Source: Octopus bimaculoides (lineage: Eukaryota). From it: DNA of 64,000 bases. Each line of letters starts with the position of its first letter. Position 1 is the stretch's first letter. The stretch is from assembly GCF_001194135.2 (NCBI RefSeq), contig NC_068984.1, positions 25,608,121-25,672,120 on the forward strand. The letters are read 5' to 3'. Positions 26,656-40,072 of this stretch are shown one piece after another. The position numbers were made by a program, and so were the translations under genes. Under the pieces are notes generated by a model. That model worked only from the letters and a program-made list of their open reading frames with translations. It ran no database searches and was not told the origin of the DNA.

Positions 26656-26992
26656 GTACACCTCTCCCTCTCCCCTCACACCATCTCCCTATTTTTCATC
26701 TATATAGTTATATTACAATGCTGCTTGGCTCTCCACTTTTTGTACTGCCACTTACCTCCTCCTCTTCCCTGACCCACTCTTATTTCCTACAACTGTAGTT
26801 ACCAAACTAAGAAACAGACATCGATGGTTCTTCATCTTGGCACAAATGTGAAGCATATCTCATCTAACCTAATTTTCTTCCTAAGTAACTGTGCTATCTT
26901 TTTCTAATTTTTATAACTTGGTCCATTAATTTAATGCCTCTGACCATAATGCTGTCAATTTCAAAAGCTGGTCCCTCAACTGAGTCTACATG

Positions 26993-27039
<47 letters not shown>

Positions 27040-28065
27040 TATTCTCCTTATTCAGCAACCCCTCCATAGTAGCATTTCCATGCCTCTTTCCTCAGCATCA
27101 ATGAGGACAAATAAACTGCTAGCATTACTGATATACTTTTTACTAATGTTGTCTTAAATGTCTGTGATCCTCTCATCACTACTCAAAGCAGATTATCACA
27201 GAGTAACTCTTACTTGTCTACCCTTCGTTTTTGACATGTGCATGATATGGTACTTCTTTGCACTTAAGTTTGATCAAGGGATATTTCAGTTTCTATACTT
27301 TTCTTCTTTGGATTGTCTTGCATTTCTAGGTCTGTCTGCTTTGAGTCTGATGTCAATGAGTATTTTTTACATATCTCACAAACACCACAATTTTCTTCTT
27401 TTTTTTTTTTTATAAAACTGAACAATTTTATCCTAAAATAATATAACAAATTCACAGAACAACATGCTAAACTTTACAGGATTCTCCATAACTAGTGTCA
27501 TCTTCTTTTCCCTTAAAAGAAACATTAACTTGATGATTAGAGTTATTACTACATAGACATCCCATCATCCCTATGATTCCTTATCTCACGCTGGTATGTG
27601 CAGCCCAGTTTTCACCTAGGTGTAAGCGCGGTAAAATTTGCAGGGGAAAAAAGGTAGCTTGCACCTAGTTATTCCCTCAACTACCTGAATGTCACATACC
27701 TGCTTAATCAGAGCTCACCTGGGGCTACACATGACAATGCGGAGACATGCACACATGCGCATGCACACACACATATATACACTTTACAGATTATAGATTA
27801 AACTTATCAGTTAAGATAAGATTAAATTCAACAGTTAATTTCAAATGAGATTACAGTTTTAACCTGTTAGCAATAACTTTAAATTCAAAATATATTTTTT
27901 TACTGATATTTGCTTTCATGAAATCTAATTTAAAATATATCTAGGCCATTTGTCACATTAAAGATACAATGATTACTTAAAACCCCTTTTTTTTCTAATA
28001 ATTTAAACAGTAATTATCACAAATTTAATCTCAACATACATAGCTAATAATGATAATAATAATAA

Positions 28066-28460
28066 TGATTTCATATTTTGGTACAGGGCCAACAGTTTTT
28101 GAGGAGAAGGGCAAATTGATTACATTGACCCCAGTACTTGACTGGTATTTATTTTATCGACTCTGAAAGGATGAAAGGCAAAGTCAACCTTAGCAGAATT
28201 TGAACTCAGAACAGGACAAAATGCCACGAAGCAGTAATGATTTTGCTAGCTTGCCACCTTAATTGTTTCAAATTTCTGCACAATGCCAGTAATTTTAAGG
28301 GACAGGTAAGTTAATTACAGCAACACTAGCACTTAACAAATATTTTATTTTATTAAGGATGAAAGGTAAAGCTGACCTCGGCAGTATTTGAACTCAGAAG
28401 GCAATGAGCCTGAAGAAATGCTGCTTAGCATTGTACTAACAATTCAGGCAATTCACTTTC
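28066..28460 (-). mobile_element. Two tandem SINE family B copies
   Basis: Each has aaggatgaaaggcaaagt..gaatttgaactcagaa. Confidence 0.75.
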
Positions 28461-28462
28461 TT

Positions 28463-28572
28463 CATCATCATCATCATCGTTTAACATCCGCTTTCCATGC
28501 TAGCATGGGTTGGACGATTTGACTGAGGACTGGTGAACCAGGTGGCTACACCAGGCTCCAATCCAATCCACT
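28463..28572 (-). mobile_element. Young RTE 3' end with (GAT)n tail
   Basis: Near-identical to 14903 and 22449. Confidence 0.85.
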
Positions 28573-29206
28573 TTCTTCTTAATAATAATAATAATATTCA
28601 GAGTCAAAGTGTTGGTCACACACATGTTAAACTATATATAACTTATTTACAATGCTGCCATTTTCAAGCTAAGAAAATACAACTACTTAGACAAAGTCAG
28701 GTTCATCATTATGAAGTTAATATATATATAAAAATAACTCAGCTTCAAAAGCCTGCAATCACTTGAAAGAAAGCATGCTAAAGCACAATAACGAATGGTG
28801 GTGAACTAAAAAAAAAAAAAAAAAGAAGAAAACTTCTACATAGACAATTCTTTAAATCACTAACTGAACCTCATGAAGATAAAGAGTTAGCTAAAGCATG
28901 ATTTTGTAACTCTGAGCAAAAATGAAACACAGGAAGTTCCAGGTACTGAATACTTAACACCATTAAAAATGTATTCTAAAATGTGTGACAGTAGGTTGAG
29001 AATACACCACATTTAATAAGCACATACATCAGCTTGTTGCAGGATCAACTCCTGGTAGAGCATGCAATGTTAATAACCAAAGCTGTATGATTGTAACAAA
29101 GTATATGCAGGTTGTATGTACCATCTTACTAACTGTCACTAATAAAAGATGATTTATATTATAATCTAGATTACTATTTGGATTTATTTACATATCTTTG
29201 GAATAT

Positions 29207-29588
29207 TACTCTTTTATTTGTTTCAGTCATTTGACTGCAGCCATGCTGGAGCACCGCCTTTAGTCAAACAAATCAACCCCAGGACTTATTCTTTGTAAGC
29301 CTAGTACTTATTCTATTGGTATCTTTTGCTGAACTACTAAGTTACAGGAACGTAAACACACCAACATGGGTTGTCAAAGCGACGGTGGGGGGGACAAACA
29401 GACACACAAACACATACATATATATATATATATATATACAATGGGCTTCTTTCAGTTTCTGTCTACCAAATCTACTCACAAGGCTTTGGTCAGCCTGATG
29501 CTCTAGTAGAAGACACTTGCCCAAGAGACTGAACCCGGAACCATGTGATTGGGAAGCAAGCTTCTTACCCCACAGTCACTCCTGCACC

Positions 29589-29589
<1 letters not shown>
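29207..29589 (-). mobile_element. SINE family A, full length
   Basis: Reverse-complement similarity to 11311. Confidence 0.88.
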
Positions 29590-29626
<37 letters not shown>

Positions 29627-29737
29627 NNNNNNNNNNNNNNNNNNNNNNNNNNNNNNNNNNNNNNNNNNNNNNNNNNNNNNNNNNNNNNNNNNNNNNNNNN
29701 NNNNNNNNNNNNNNNNNNNNNNNNNNNNNNNNNNNNN

Positions 29738-29806
<69 letters not shown>

Positions 29807-30084
29807 AAGGCTTAATTAAAGGGTAGTGTAGCTTTTACAATGTACAAAGAAAATTATCTTGAACACATCTAGAAATACTTCCTTATATAGAATTATTTTG
29901 ACAATATTAATTTTTTACTCTCCATGTGTAGATATCTGCATGAGCACCATATTAAATATTTAATTGTTGCTTTATTTTTAGAATGCCTTCCTTTCAAACA
30001 ATTAATTTATCATAAAGTACTTATTCTTCTAAGTGTTCTATAGCTTTCAGTTACCTGTATGCATAATTATCTAGCACAAGGTTC

Positions 30085-30404
30085 AGTCGTTGTGACGTGG
30101 TGGCTCGCATGCTTCATTGACCCCAAGAGCTATGCCAGCAGAGCACAAGCAAGGTCATGGCAGGACCTCCCATGCTGGACAGGTCAAAGGATAGTGGCCA
30201 GACAAATACAGACCACCTCTTCTCAGAGGTAAAAATAGATTTGTGTAGGACCAACACCCCTACCAAGAAAAAATACAGTTACAGAAGCATCAGAGACAAT
30301 TCAAAACCAATAGGACCCGAGAGAGGACAGCCTAGAGTTGAGAAGAGTGGAGAAAGGTCAGCAATGACCTATGCTCCATAGGGAGCAAAGAGCTTAAGTA
30401 AGTA
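30085..30404 (+). mobile_element. Non-autonomous RTE derivative (5' UTR module fused to 3' end, (TAAG)n tail)
   Basis: RTE-like 5' module (ccatgctggacaggtcaaagg..ggccagac) and terminus gacctatgctccatagggagcaaagagcttaagtaag. Confidence 0.6.
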
Positions 30405-30599
30405 TTCACATTATGTTGGTGTCAACCTAGCAGAACAATCTTTCCACATTATAATGTAAAAGGTTTGTATTGCTAGGTTGAGATCAATAATCCAATAACT
30501 TGTTATAGCCATAGAAATATTCTGAACAATATGAACTCTTATTTCCCTTCAAGCTGATATAAAAAATAAGTTTCAGTAATATATCGCAATATTTTCTTT

Positions 30600-30643
<44 letters not shown>

Positions 30644-31049
30644 AATATAGACATATCAAAATACACAAACTGAAGCCAACCTACATAGAATTTTGATATT
30701 ACATAGATTGAAGTGTTTATTAGACAAATACCTCTACCAAAAACTTATTAATATTTTCCCAACTGTCCAGTCTGATGTAAGGTTAGTAGGTACAGCAACT
30801 GTCCCATATCTGAAAGTATTTCCAATTACCAACTGCCATAATGCATGAATTGCATATTAATTAATAAAATTCTATAAATCATTCATTTCTCAAATATGCA
30901 TTTCTATGTAGTGTGAAATGATGAAATAACTATACACTGTCATGTAAAATATATATCGTGTTTAGCATTTCAGCATTTATTTAGCGAGAATTAAACATCA
31001 TACAGTAACACAAACAAAGTATCATAAAGAAAACAGAAAATTAAATTAC

Positions 31050-31098
31050 CTCCAAAAATAAAATACAAGAGAAACACATATTCAATAATCCAAGCATA
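31050..31098 (-). CDS. Candidate 49-nt exon (YAWIIEYVFLLYFIFG or MLGLLNMCFSCILFLE)
   Basis: Acceptor atatttttgacag, donor GAG|gtaatt. Confidence 0.25.
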
Positions 31099-31784
31099 CT
31101 GTCAAAAATATATTGTTTTTAAATGGTTGAAACAAGTCCGATAATAAAAGTATGGTTAAGCAGTTTAGTGGCTTACAACTCTGAATTTAAATTTTGTCAA
31201 TATAGACTTAGACTATTATTTGTCTCAGTCAATAAAATTACTACCATTAAGCACACTATCATTAAGTGTTAAAAACTATAGTATACAAGCATATCAAATT
31301 ATAGGCTTACATCAATGTGTTTGAATAGCTAGGCTCTGTGACATAATGTACTTCTTGTTCCTTCTTGATCTACAGTTCACAATGATGTATATGAATGTGG
31401 CTTGAAGAAAACATTTAAATGTTGTTGAGACAGTTGAATGTAACTGGTGATTTATGAATGGAGTTGTAATGGAGTAACAACTTGTGTCCATTGTTGGAAC
31501 AAGATTGGAATACATCCAATAACACAGAATTAGTTCAGCCACTTCAAAGCAAACTAATAATGTCAAAGTACAGATAGTGTGTTTGATGGCCAAGAATCAA
31601 TCCTATTTTCAACGGCTCTGGTTATAAACAGAAGAACTAGTGAACAGGATAGGGCCAACTTGTGCTACTGAGGTACCCTGGAGACTATCAATGTTGTCCC
31701 AGTAATAGTGCTAGTTCAAGTGGAAAGCATGGAGCCTGTTAAACATCAGGATTATACCATCTTAAGCTTTTGAGACATCATCAC

Positions 31785-31815
<31 letters not shown>

Positions 31816-32792
31816 TAAAAGCCATTTTCCATGCTGGCATGAGTTAGACTGCTTGACAGAAGCTGGTGAGCCAGAGGACTATTGTACCAAGATTTAGTGT
31901 CTGCTTAAGCATGGTTTTTTATGACAGGATGCCCTTTTGTAATGCCGACCACTTTACAAGGTGTACAGAGTGCTTCTGACAAGCCCAGGTACTTATTAGA
32001 CTGATGTCCACAAATTTCAACAGGTCTATAGGAACTGATTAGTAGCTTTAAACTTGATCACTGGAATCAAATGATGGTAGTGTCTCCTAGAAGTAAAGGA
32101 GATTCCGATATTAGGGTTGTCTCATGATGTGGAACTTAGCAGTAGCACCAATCTCAACAAACACTAAAGAAAATACCCTCTTAAATATCAAACAAGACGG
32201 TGGAATCTTCAAGAGACTGAGTAACACAAAAAAGAAAAGGAAAGTGTGTAAAAATACTAACACAAAAGAAATTTCAATTAAGTACTAAAGTTAAATACTA
32301 AGTACTAAAGTTAAATACTAAGTTAAGTACTAAAGTTAAATATGTCTTGCAAAAAAAACAAGAAAAAAAACACTTTAGAAATATGAATTTATCTGAAAAG
32401 TGATTTTATAAAAACTGTTAATGACAAACACATTATATGTGAGCCAAACAACTCAGGTATGTTGACAGTATAACAAAATAAAGAAATATACTGTAAGCAA
32501 ATATTGTAATGAGTAGCTTACTAAAGATTAAATTCAGTTTTAATTGGCTTTATTAAGGGGTCAAATCTACAAAAGACAGGAACACAAATGATTTTCTTAT
32601 ATAAACAGTGTTATTTCATAAAATCTTAATCCTTATTCATTCACGAAAGGTTGAGTTTTCATTGGATAACACTTTCAATTGACAATCAACACCCAAACAA
32701 CAGACCAAGATAGAACCAATGACAGGGTTATTTTCTATTTACAGATTGCGAGTGAGAGAAAGAGAGAGAGAGAGAGAGCAACAGTGTGTGTG

Positions 32793-32824
<32 letters not shown>

Positions 32825-34533
32825 GTGAAACTGCAAATTTTATTAGTGATATAATTTCATGTGTATGAAATGGGGATTTTCTTTCAAACACCTGAAAATT
32901 AGTAAGGTACAATAGGTGTTAGATTAAGGTCTTGAAATACTGATTACTTGATTATGAATTCAAATACTATTTTAGTACAAACATTCTTTCCTGATAAAAG
33001 CACATTACATGCATCAATACGTCTAGCAAGAAAATAGATTCCTATCCTATTTGATGATGGAGTGGTCAATATTAAAAGGGGTGCCTAACTGTAAAATTAC
33101 CTGCTGCAACTTCTAATAGAAAAGTAATTTAACCTATAGAGAACTTAGGACAGTATAGTTAAAATGTGTGTGTATCTGTACAAAAGGTTGTTTTTTTTTT
33201 TTTTTTCACAAGAACCACACAAACCAGATGAATTAGAAGCTGCATATTCAAATAAAGAAGCTAAAGCAAAGCCACTAACTACATGAAGCAGTTCAGTTCA
33301 AAGGGATCAATCTTACTGAAAAGTCATGCTCCAATACTCAAACAAGTGTATAAAGACTATTCAAAACAAGCAACACTAAAAAAAAAAAAAAACTTCTGCA
33401 CATTAGAATATTCAAATGATGTGAATAGTTTGCTGGAACTGTAAACTGATGTACGCCATTATCCTTCAATAGTGTTAAGTTACTAACTTTACTACAAGTG
33501 ACTTCTTTTTACTATTTAGCAAGAAGAAGAGTGATGCCCATGACTTTCGAAGACTCTCCTCAACTGGTGAGGGAGATGTAGCAGATGTATAACTTGAACA
33601 TTAATAAGTTAATGTAGGTAAACAAAAATATAAGCAAAAACGAAATTCCAGCAATCTATAGTTTTGGAGAGAAAGGTAATGAGGCACATCACCAACATCA
33701 CCATTTTAACATCCACTTTTCTATGCTTGCATGGATCGGACAGAATTTTGCTAAAGCAGATTTTCTATAGCCAAATGCCTTTCCTCACCAACCTTCACTT
33801 CTTTCTAAGCAAAGGCAATATTTCCCCATGGTCAGACAAGAATGGAAAACAAACATCATTTGCTTGAAGGTGATGCTCATTATTTACAATCATCATATCA
33901 AATCGATTTGTGAGGGGGGGGGGGTCCAAACACATACATATATCAAAAAAACAAAGACCAGAAAGTTTGGTCAGTCTTAATACATGCTTACTCTGCAAAT
34001 ATCATTGACTAGAACTTCCAATTAGTATGTATACCTCATTGAAAATAAAACATCTACATACATACTTTTGATAGCCAGGCATGTTTCATAAGGACACAGT
34101 TTGGATTATAAACCCTTCTATTCTATTCTCCCTTTTTCTCACCCTTCTCTCTCTCTCTCCCTCTGTGCGTGTATGTTAAACTTTTTTCAGTTTCTGATTA
34201 CTAAATCCATTCACAAGGTATCAGTCAGCTTCGGACCAAAAGAGAAGACACTTGCCCAAGGTGTCACACAGCAGTACTAAACCTAATGCCATGTGGAACC
34301 ACATTGTCATGCTTACGCCAGTAGGAATAAAACTCAAGGTGAGGTGATTACATCAGGTGTGATTCCTAGTTTAGAGAAGCAAAGCCATTGTAGTAATGAT
34401 ACACAAGGTAGAGAGAAGAAACAGTACGAAAATGGGTTTGTGGCTTTAATGTTTTAGTGAGTATGACTGTTTTTAGAGTGCATATATAGTATGCTTGCAT
34501 GTATAGTAGCATAACCCCAGATGAAATTAATTA

Positions 34534-34672
34534 TGTATGTATGTATGTATGTTTGTATGTATATATGTTTGTTTGTATGTAAGTATGTGTATATGTTTGT
34601 TTGTTTGTATGTATGTATATATGTTTGTATGTATGTATATGTCTGTATGTATGTATGTATGTATGTATGTAT
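34534..34672 (+). repeat. (TATG)n/(TGTT)n compound microsatellite
   Basis: Visible. Confidence 0.95.
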
Positions 34673-34789
34673 GAGCAAGATAGCTTCCACTGGCCCACTG
34701 TATCTTATTGAACTATCTAACCCATGCTAGCATGGAAAGCAAACATAAAATGATGACACTGATAATGATCATGATTGTAATGGTGAATT

Positions 34790-35310
34790 CTGAGAGGAAA
34801 TGGAGATTGAAGTGAATGCTTCCTGTGTGCATAGGAGCATAGTAAGAATTAACAAGTAGATCATTAATATATAGAAAAAAGGGTGTGGGAGACATAATCA
34901 AACCCTAGGGATCACTAGAATTGACAGAATGTGGATCAAAGAACCCCTACCAATGTAAGAGATGGGAGGAGTTCATAGGCAGGCATCATAACTCGAAGGT
35001 TCACATGCTAGACAGGAGCATAAGGTTTTGCTGATGTCAAAGACAACTACATGCTTTTATTAAAGTTCTCAAAACTGAAAGGTCAAGTCTGTGTGATACA
35101 GGAGAGTAGCCCTCCCTACTCCTGTAGATCTGGCCTTAGAGAAACATTATCCCTCAGAAGAGAAAGAAATTGAAGGTAATAAAGAAGGTGGTTGTTTATG
35201 GCTATTTCCATCACCTTTGAGATGCTGGAAATGCATCGGTAGTTAGTAAGATAAGAAAGTTCATAAAGACTTTTGCACACACTAAACAAGGAAGATAATT
35301 TAGATAAATT
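34790..35310 (-). mobile_element. Old CR1/Jockey-type LINE RT remnant
   Basis: NYRCISSISKVMEIAINNHLL ... SPTPFFLYINDLL with stops and frameshifts. Confidence 0.8.
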
Positions 35311-35962
35311 CAAAGTATATTAGCAGCACTCTCACTTTCATATCTGCAGAACTACAGACAGGACTATATTGTTATAAGATAAGATTTTGTAGTAATTTTA
35401 TTTATTCCAAGACAAGACACCTAATACTGCTTCCTTCAATCTGCCTAGCTGAAAATAAGTGTCATCCTCTATTTTATGGCCAAGTAGTTGTGAAGGAAAC
35501 ATTTCTTTCAAAAAACTATACAAATGCCAAAAGTTGATAAATTTAGTATGGAAATGTTATTTATACAAATCAGAAAGATAGTTCTATGTAGACAATTAAA
35601 CAAATTTGATAATCTACTGGTTTGAATGTAAAGAGCCAAACAAAATACCATAAGGTATTTCATCTGATACTCTATCAATTCAGCCAACTTACTGATCAGT
35701 ACCTTTTTACTAACCTTGAAAGGATGAAAGCCAAAGTTGACCTCAGCAGGATTTGAGCTCAAAGCACAGATGTTTGAACAAACACTGCAAGGCAATCTAT
35801 CCAACCCTCTACAAACTCTGCCCTAACATAAATTGAACTAAATTACTTTATTCAAACTTGAAACATATAGGCATGAAAATACTCCATTCTATTCAGTAAT
35901 TATAGCACAGTAAACTAGAGAAGGTTTAATTATCAATATAAGAATTTATTAGACAGTGAATG

Positions 35963-36618
35963 GGATCTAGTTCAAAACGGGGGCACCAGTATTTTCTTAA
36001 CAAAACACTTTGAAACTTGGAACACTGGTAGAATGTGTCATATAAAACATCTTTTTCTCTTAGTCTTCTTAAGAAAAATTATTATATTGCAATTTATTTC
36101 ATGTTAAAGTTGTATTTCTGTAATTTCAACCAATGACTGACGTCCATTCAGCCGAATACATTAAGTGCTGACTACGTAAACAAACGATTCTGGCGGTGAT
36201 AAAATTATTATTTCCTTGTCAAAAAAATGGCTGAAGCATATTGGCAGTAGCTAATAAACCTTTCTATTATAGGCACGAGGCCTAGTTTTTGAGGGAAGGA
36301 GCAAGTCGGTTAGGGTTAGGGAAAACGAACACACGTGTGTTGCCTCTCTGCAAAATGTCAGAAGTAATGGAGATTAAATACGCTTTACACCGCTTAAACT
36401 GCCAAAGGAGTAACTATAAACAGCTGAATACTTGTCAGTGATTGGTTGAAATTATCGAAATAAGACAATTTTTTACATGAAATTAATTCGAATACAAAAT
36501 TTTTTTTCTGTTCTATAACACAAAATAGATAAGTATACGAAGTTTGAAAGTCTTTCGGTACCAAAAACACTACATAAAACATAAATGAAAACTGGTGCCC
36601 CCGTTTTGAACTAGATCC
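35963..36618. mobile_element. Non-autonomous DNA transposon with GGATC termini (Merlin-like or hAT)
   Basis: Perfect TIRs GGATCTAGTTCAAAACGGGGGCACCAGT; exact 8-bp TSD AGTGAATG. Confidence 0.9.
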
Positions 36619-38676
36619 AGTGAATGTGAAATGGAATTGCAAATTCAAGTTTTCTTTTATTGCCAAGAATATATTATTTTATGTTATTTCCAATTGATGC
36701 TTACTTTATAATGAATGCTATTCTGATGGGAATAGCTTCCAAAGTAATATTAAGAGCACTCTCAGGTTAATAAGAGACAAGAAATTATCCCAAGCATTAA
36801 GAATCATAAAATGTATTGCCTCTGACTGATCAATTAAATGAAGAAAAGCAAAAGAAAATATAGGAAAATGTCCTTTCTATTAATTAAGTAAAAGAAATAG
36901 GATTATTTAATGTAAAATATAATTGTCCCTCATGTCATAAGGCAATATCTTGACTGATCTCATTACATATACATGTATGCGTATGTGTGTGTGTGATCAT
37001 CACCATCATCATTTAACGTCCGTTTTCTATACTGGCATATATAAAACACACAGGTATCTAATATCTGCAGATACAGACATGCACTAACATATTTACACAA
37101 CCACAACAATGTGTGTGTGTGTATAATTGCGATATGAATTGCAATAAATTTCAAGTTAGATTCTAGAAACATTAACAATTCAAAATGACAATCAAAAACA
37201 CACACATTAAAACACTAACTACATACATCTATGAATTATTTACATTGTTTATAGTAGTTTGCGAAAGCAAACAGTGGAGCACAATGCAGTCCTTGGACCC
37301 ATCGAATCCTGTCAAATTGTTCAACTTATGGATGTTAAATGATAAGTCAGAGAAGAAGCAGCGCCATATGAGCCTTTTCAACAGGTGGGAGAAACGAAGG
37401 AAGACCTGGACAAATGCGTGTAAAAGAAAGGACTAAATGGCACCCGTGGGCTAGGTCGATGGGTGAAGCTTATCATCAAAAAACCAGTCTTCCGTAGATG
37501 GGTTTCCGCGCAGGCTTCTGACAGCCAAATTTTATTCATAAAGTTTTGGTACACTAGACAAGAGACTTGTAAAAGTCACTCTCCTAATTCATCTGTACTA
37601 TGTATGGGATATGCTATTGCACGTTCTTAACCACAGAGCTCATGGCTGTACCTGGTATGGACGAGATGATGGTTTATAAATTCAAATATTTGTATGAACC
37701 TGTTGGGGAAAACGTGTTTAGAAAAATTATTTGCAGACGAACTTATCTATAATTATTAATGGCTCAACAGGTCATCTAGTATTTTAGCTCCTAAAAACCA
37801 CTAAAACTTCAGCACATATATATTCACCACATATGCAAATATCTTTAAATGTATGTCTGTGTGTTCGCATATACAGTATCTACATCTGTAATAGCCCAGT
37901 GGACTACCAGCTCATAACCTTCTGTTAAAATCCGATACAGTTATTTCATGGCCACACCCTTAATTCCATATACTTCAGTTTACTCAACTCTCAAAAATAG
38001 GCTCCATATCTTCTAAGAATGTTACATTCGATAAAGTTAAAATATCCAAAAGGTTTCTACCTATGGATAAACCATAGCCCTTGTGAGCCCGCTGGAATTA
38101 TTTGAGATATCTACATAAACAATGCATGCAACATATCTATACATGCATAACACATAGCTCATATAATATATGTGTATGTGTGTTATATGTGTGCGCGCGC
38201 GCTCAAGGTGCATACAATTTGACAGACACGTTTCTATGTATAAAATATTGTTAAAATATACTGTCCCAGAAAAATTAACAAACCAATTTCAGTGAAAAAG
38301 TACCAATACTTCATTTGTGTGCATGGGGTGCCTATACATGTGATAATGCATGTGAATGAGAATGTAATTTCTATACATACACACACACACGTACTAAATC
38401 TCTAACTGAAAGTGTTTTGTAACAATGGGATCATTTGAATTATCGTAATCCCTGAATAAGTAGATTAAAGGGACCAGGGATGTAAATGATAAATTAAATT
38501 CAAATCTAACACTATAACGAAGGTGAGATTTAAACAAAAGAAAAGTGGGTGGAAGGGTTTAATTAAGATAAAATACATCAATGTAATTTCAGTCAAATCA
38601 CATTTAAAATGTCTTTAAGAAACCGGCAGTCTTCCTTCAACCCACATTTAACAATCTACTCACAACTGACACTTAC

Positions 38677-38703
38677 TGAAAGTTTATTTACAAAGTGATC
38701 AAC
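38677..38703 (-). CDS. Candidate 27-nt exon (VDHFVNKLS)
   Basis: Acceptor tctgtttaacag, perfect donor gtaagt; only phase 0 is open. Confidence 0.3.
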
Positions 38704-39969
38704 CTGTTAAACAGACGACATAAATACCATAATTTTATACAAATTGTGATGTATAGGAACGTTCCTATTCCTGTATGTTTGGGGAGCTAAATTGACAAAT
38801 CAGCAGTATTGCTTTGGGTCGATTTTAGCTGGGGGAAGCATTATTAATATATGGTATTAAAATTACACACTCAGACATTTTAACAAACATATACATACAT
38901 ATACACACACACACATCTACTTGATTGTTAAAATACATTTAAGGTTTAACTACTCTTACAGATTTTTAAATAATACCTTAAGGTTTAAGAACATATTTCT
39001 CTTGTAACTTCAAAACTGATTGGTAAATATTATTCGCTTTCCGAACTAATTTATTCGTTAACAAAAAATTTCTAATGAACTAACTACAAGTAACGGTTTA
39101 GCAGATCATGTTTAAGTATATAAGAATAATTAAATTGGATGTGACAAGGAATTACGAATTGAATTTTTTTTTTTGTTTGTTTTTCGGTTGTTTTTTGTTA
39201 TTTCCGAAAATGTTATCTTCAATTGATTCTGACTATACTCTAATGGGAATAGTCCCAGAAGTAATTAATATTAATTGTTCGTTCAAATTAATTAACGATC
39301 AATAAGAAATTATCATAAACATTAAGGAATACTAACTTTTTCTCCAAGAAAGATCAATTATGAATTAAGATAGAAATCTATGTTTACCAAAGATATATGG
39401 AAATTTTCAGTAAGAAGCAAAGACAATATATTTCAGAAAACAATTTATAGAAAAAAAAATATACACAAAAGCAATAATAAAATAAGATAATCGAAATGGG
39501 ACAGATTCTTCTTTTAGAAGCAAAAAGTCGAATGAATTGTCACTCTCCTGTGCGGGAAGAATATTTCTGTCAACATGATTCCTTAGATACTGGTGTCAGG
39601 CAACCAACCACCTGAGAACACCAGTTAATAATGATGACAGGTCTGTTCGATCAGAGATACACAGCAACAATCAGAAATAATGAATAAATACTGGGCAAGA
39701 AATAAATATATATCACATGCCAAGTTGAAAGGTATCATTCCACATCATATATAATAAGTACGAGAACAGATCTCAACACGGGAGTCGAACTGCGCATTGT
39801 CGGACGTCACACACACACACACGTATATATAATGCTCGCAAATAACCGAATGTGTGTTATCACACATTGTATACATTTGTGTGCGTGTGTGTTGTCTTAT
39901 ACTTGTGGGTTGATTCCATTACTATCAATCAAAAAGAATTTTTTTCTTGATAATTCGATTTTACACCAA

Positions 39970-39978
39970 ATTAATTAA

Positions 39979-40060
<82 letters not shown>

Positions 40061-40072
40061 GATATATATATA
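39970..40072 (+). repeat. (CA)n(TA)n microsatellite
   Basis: Visible; similar compound arrays at 5031-5100, 10413-10650, 15457-15527, 29590-29810, 55297-55370, 62795-62843. Confidence 0.95.

Noticed and set aside
32271-32345. Short tandem repeats (aagtactaaagttaaatact) as a possible array
   Set aside because: Simple slippage repeats without unique spacers; eukaryotic context, no CRISPR.
36310-36321. TTAGGG x2
   Set aside because: Only two units, inside a transposon; not an interstitial telomere.
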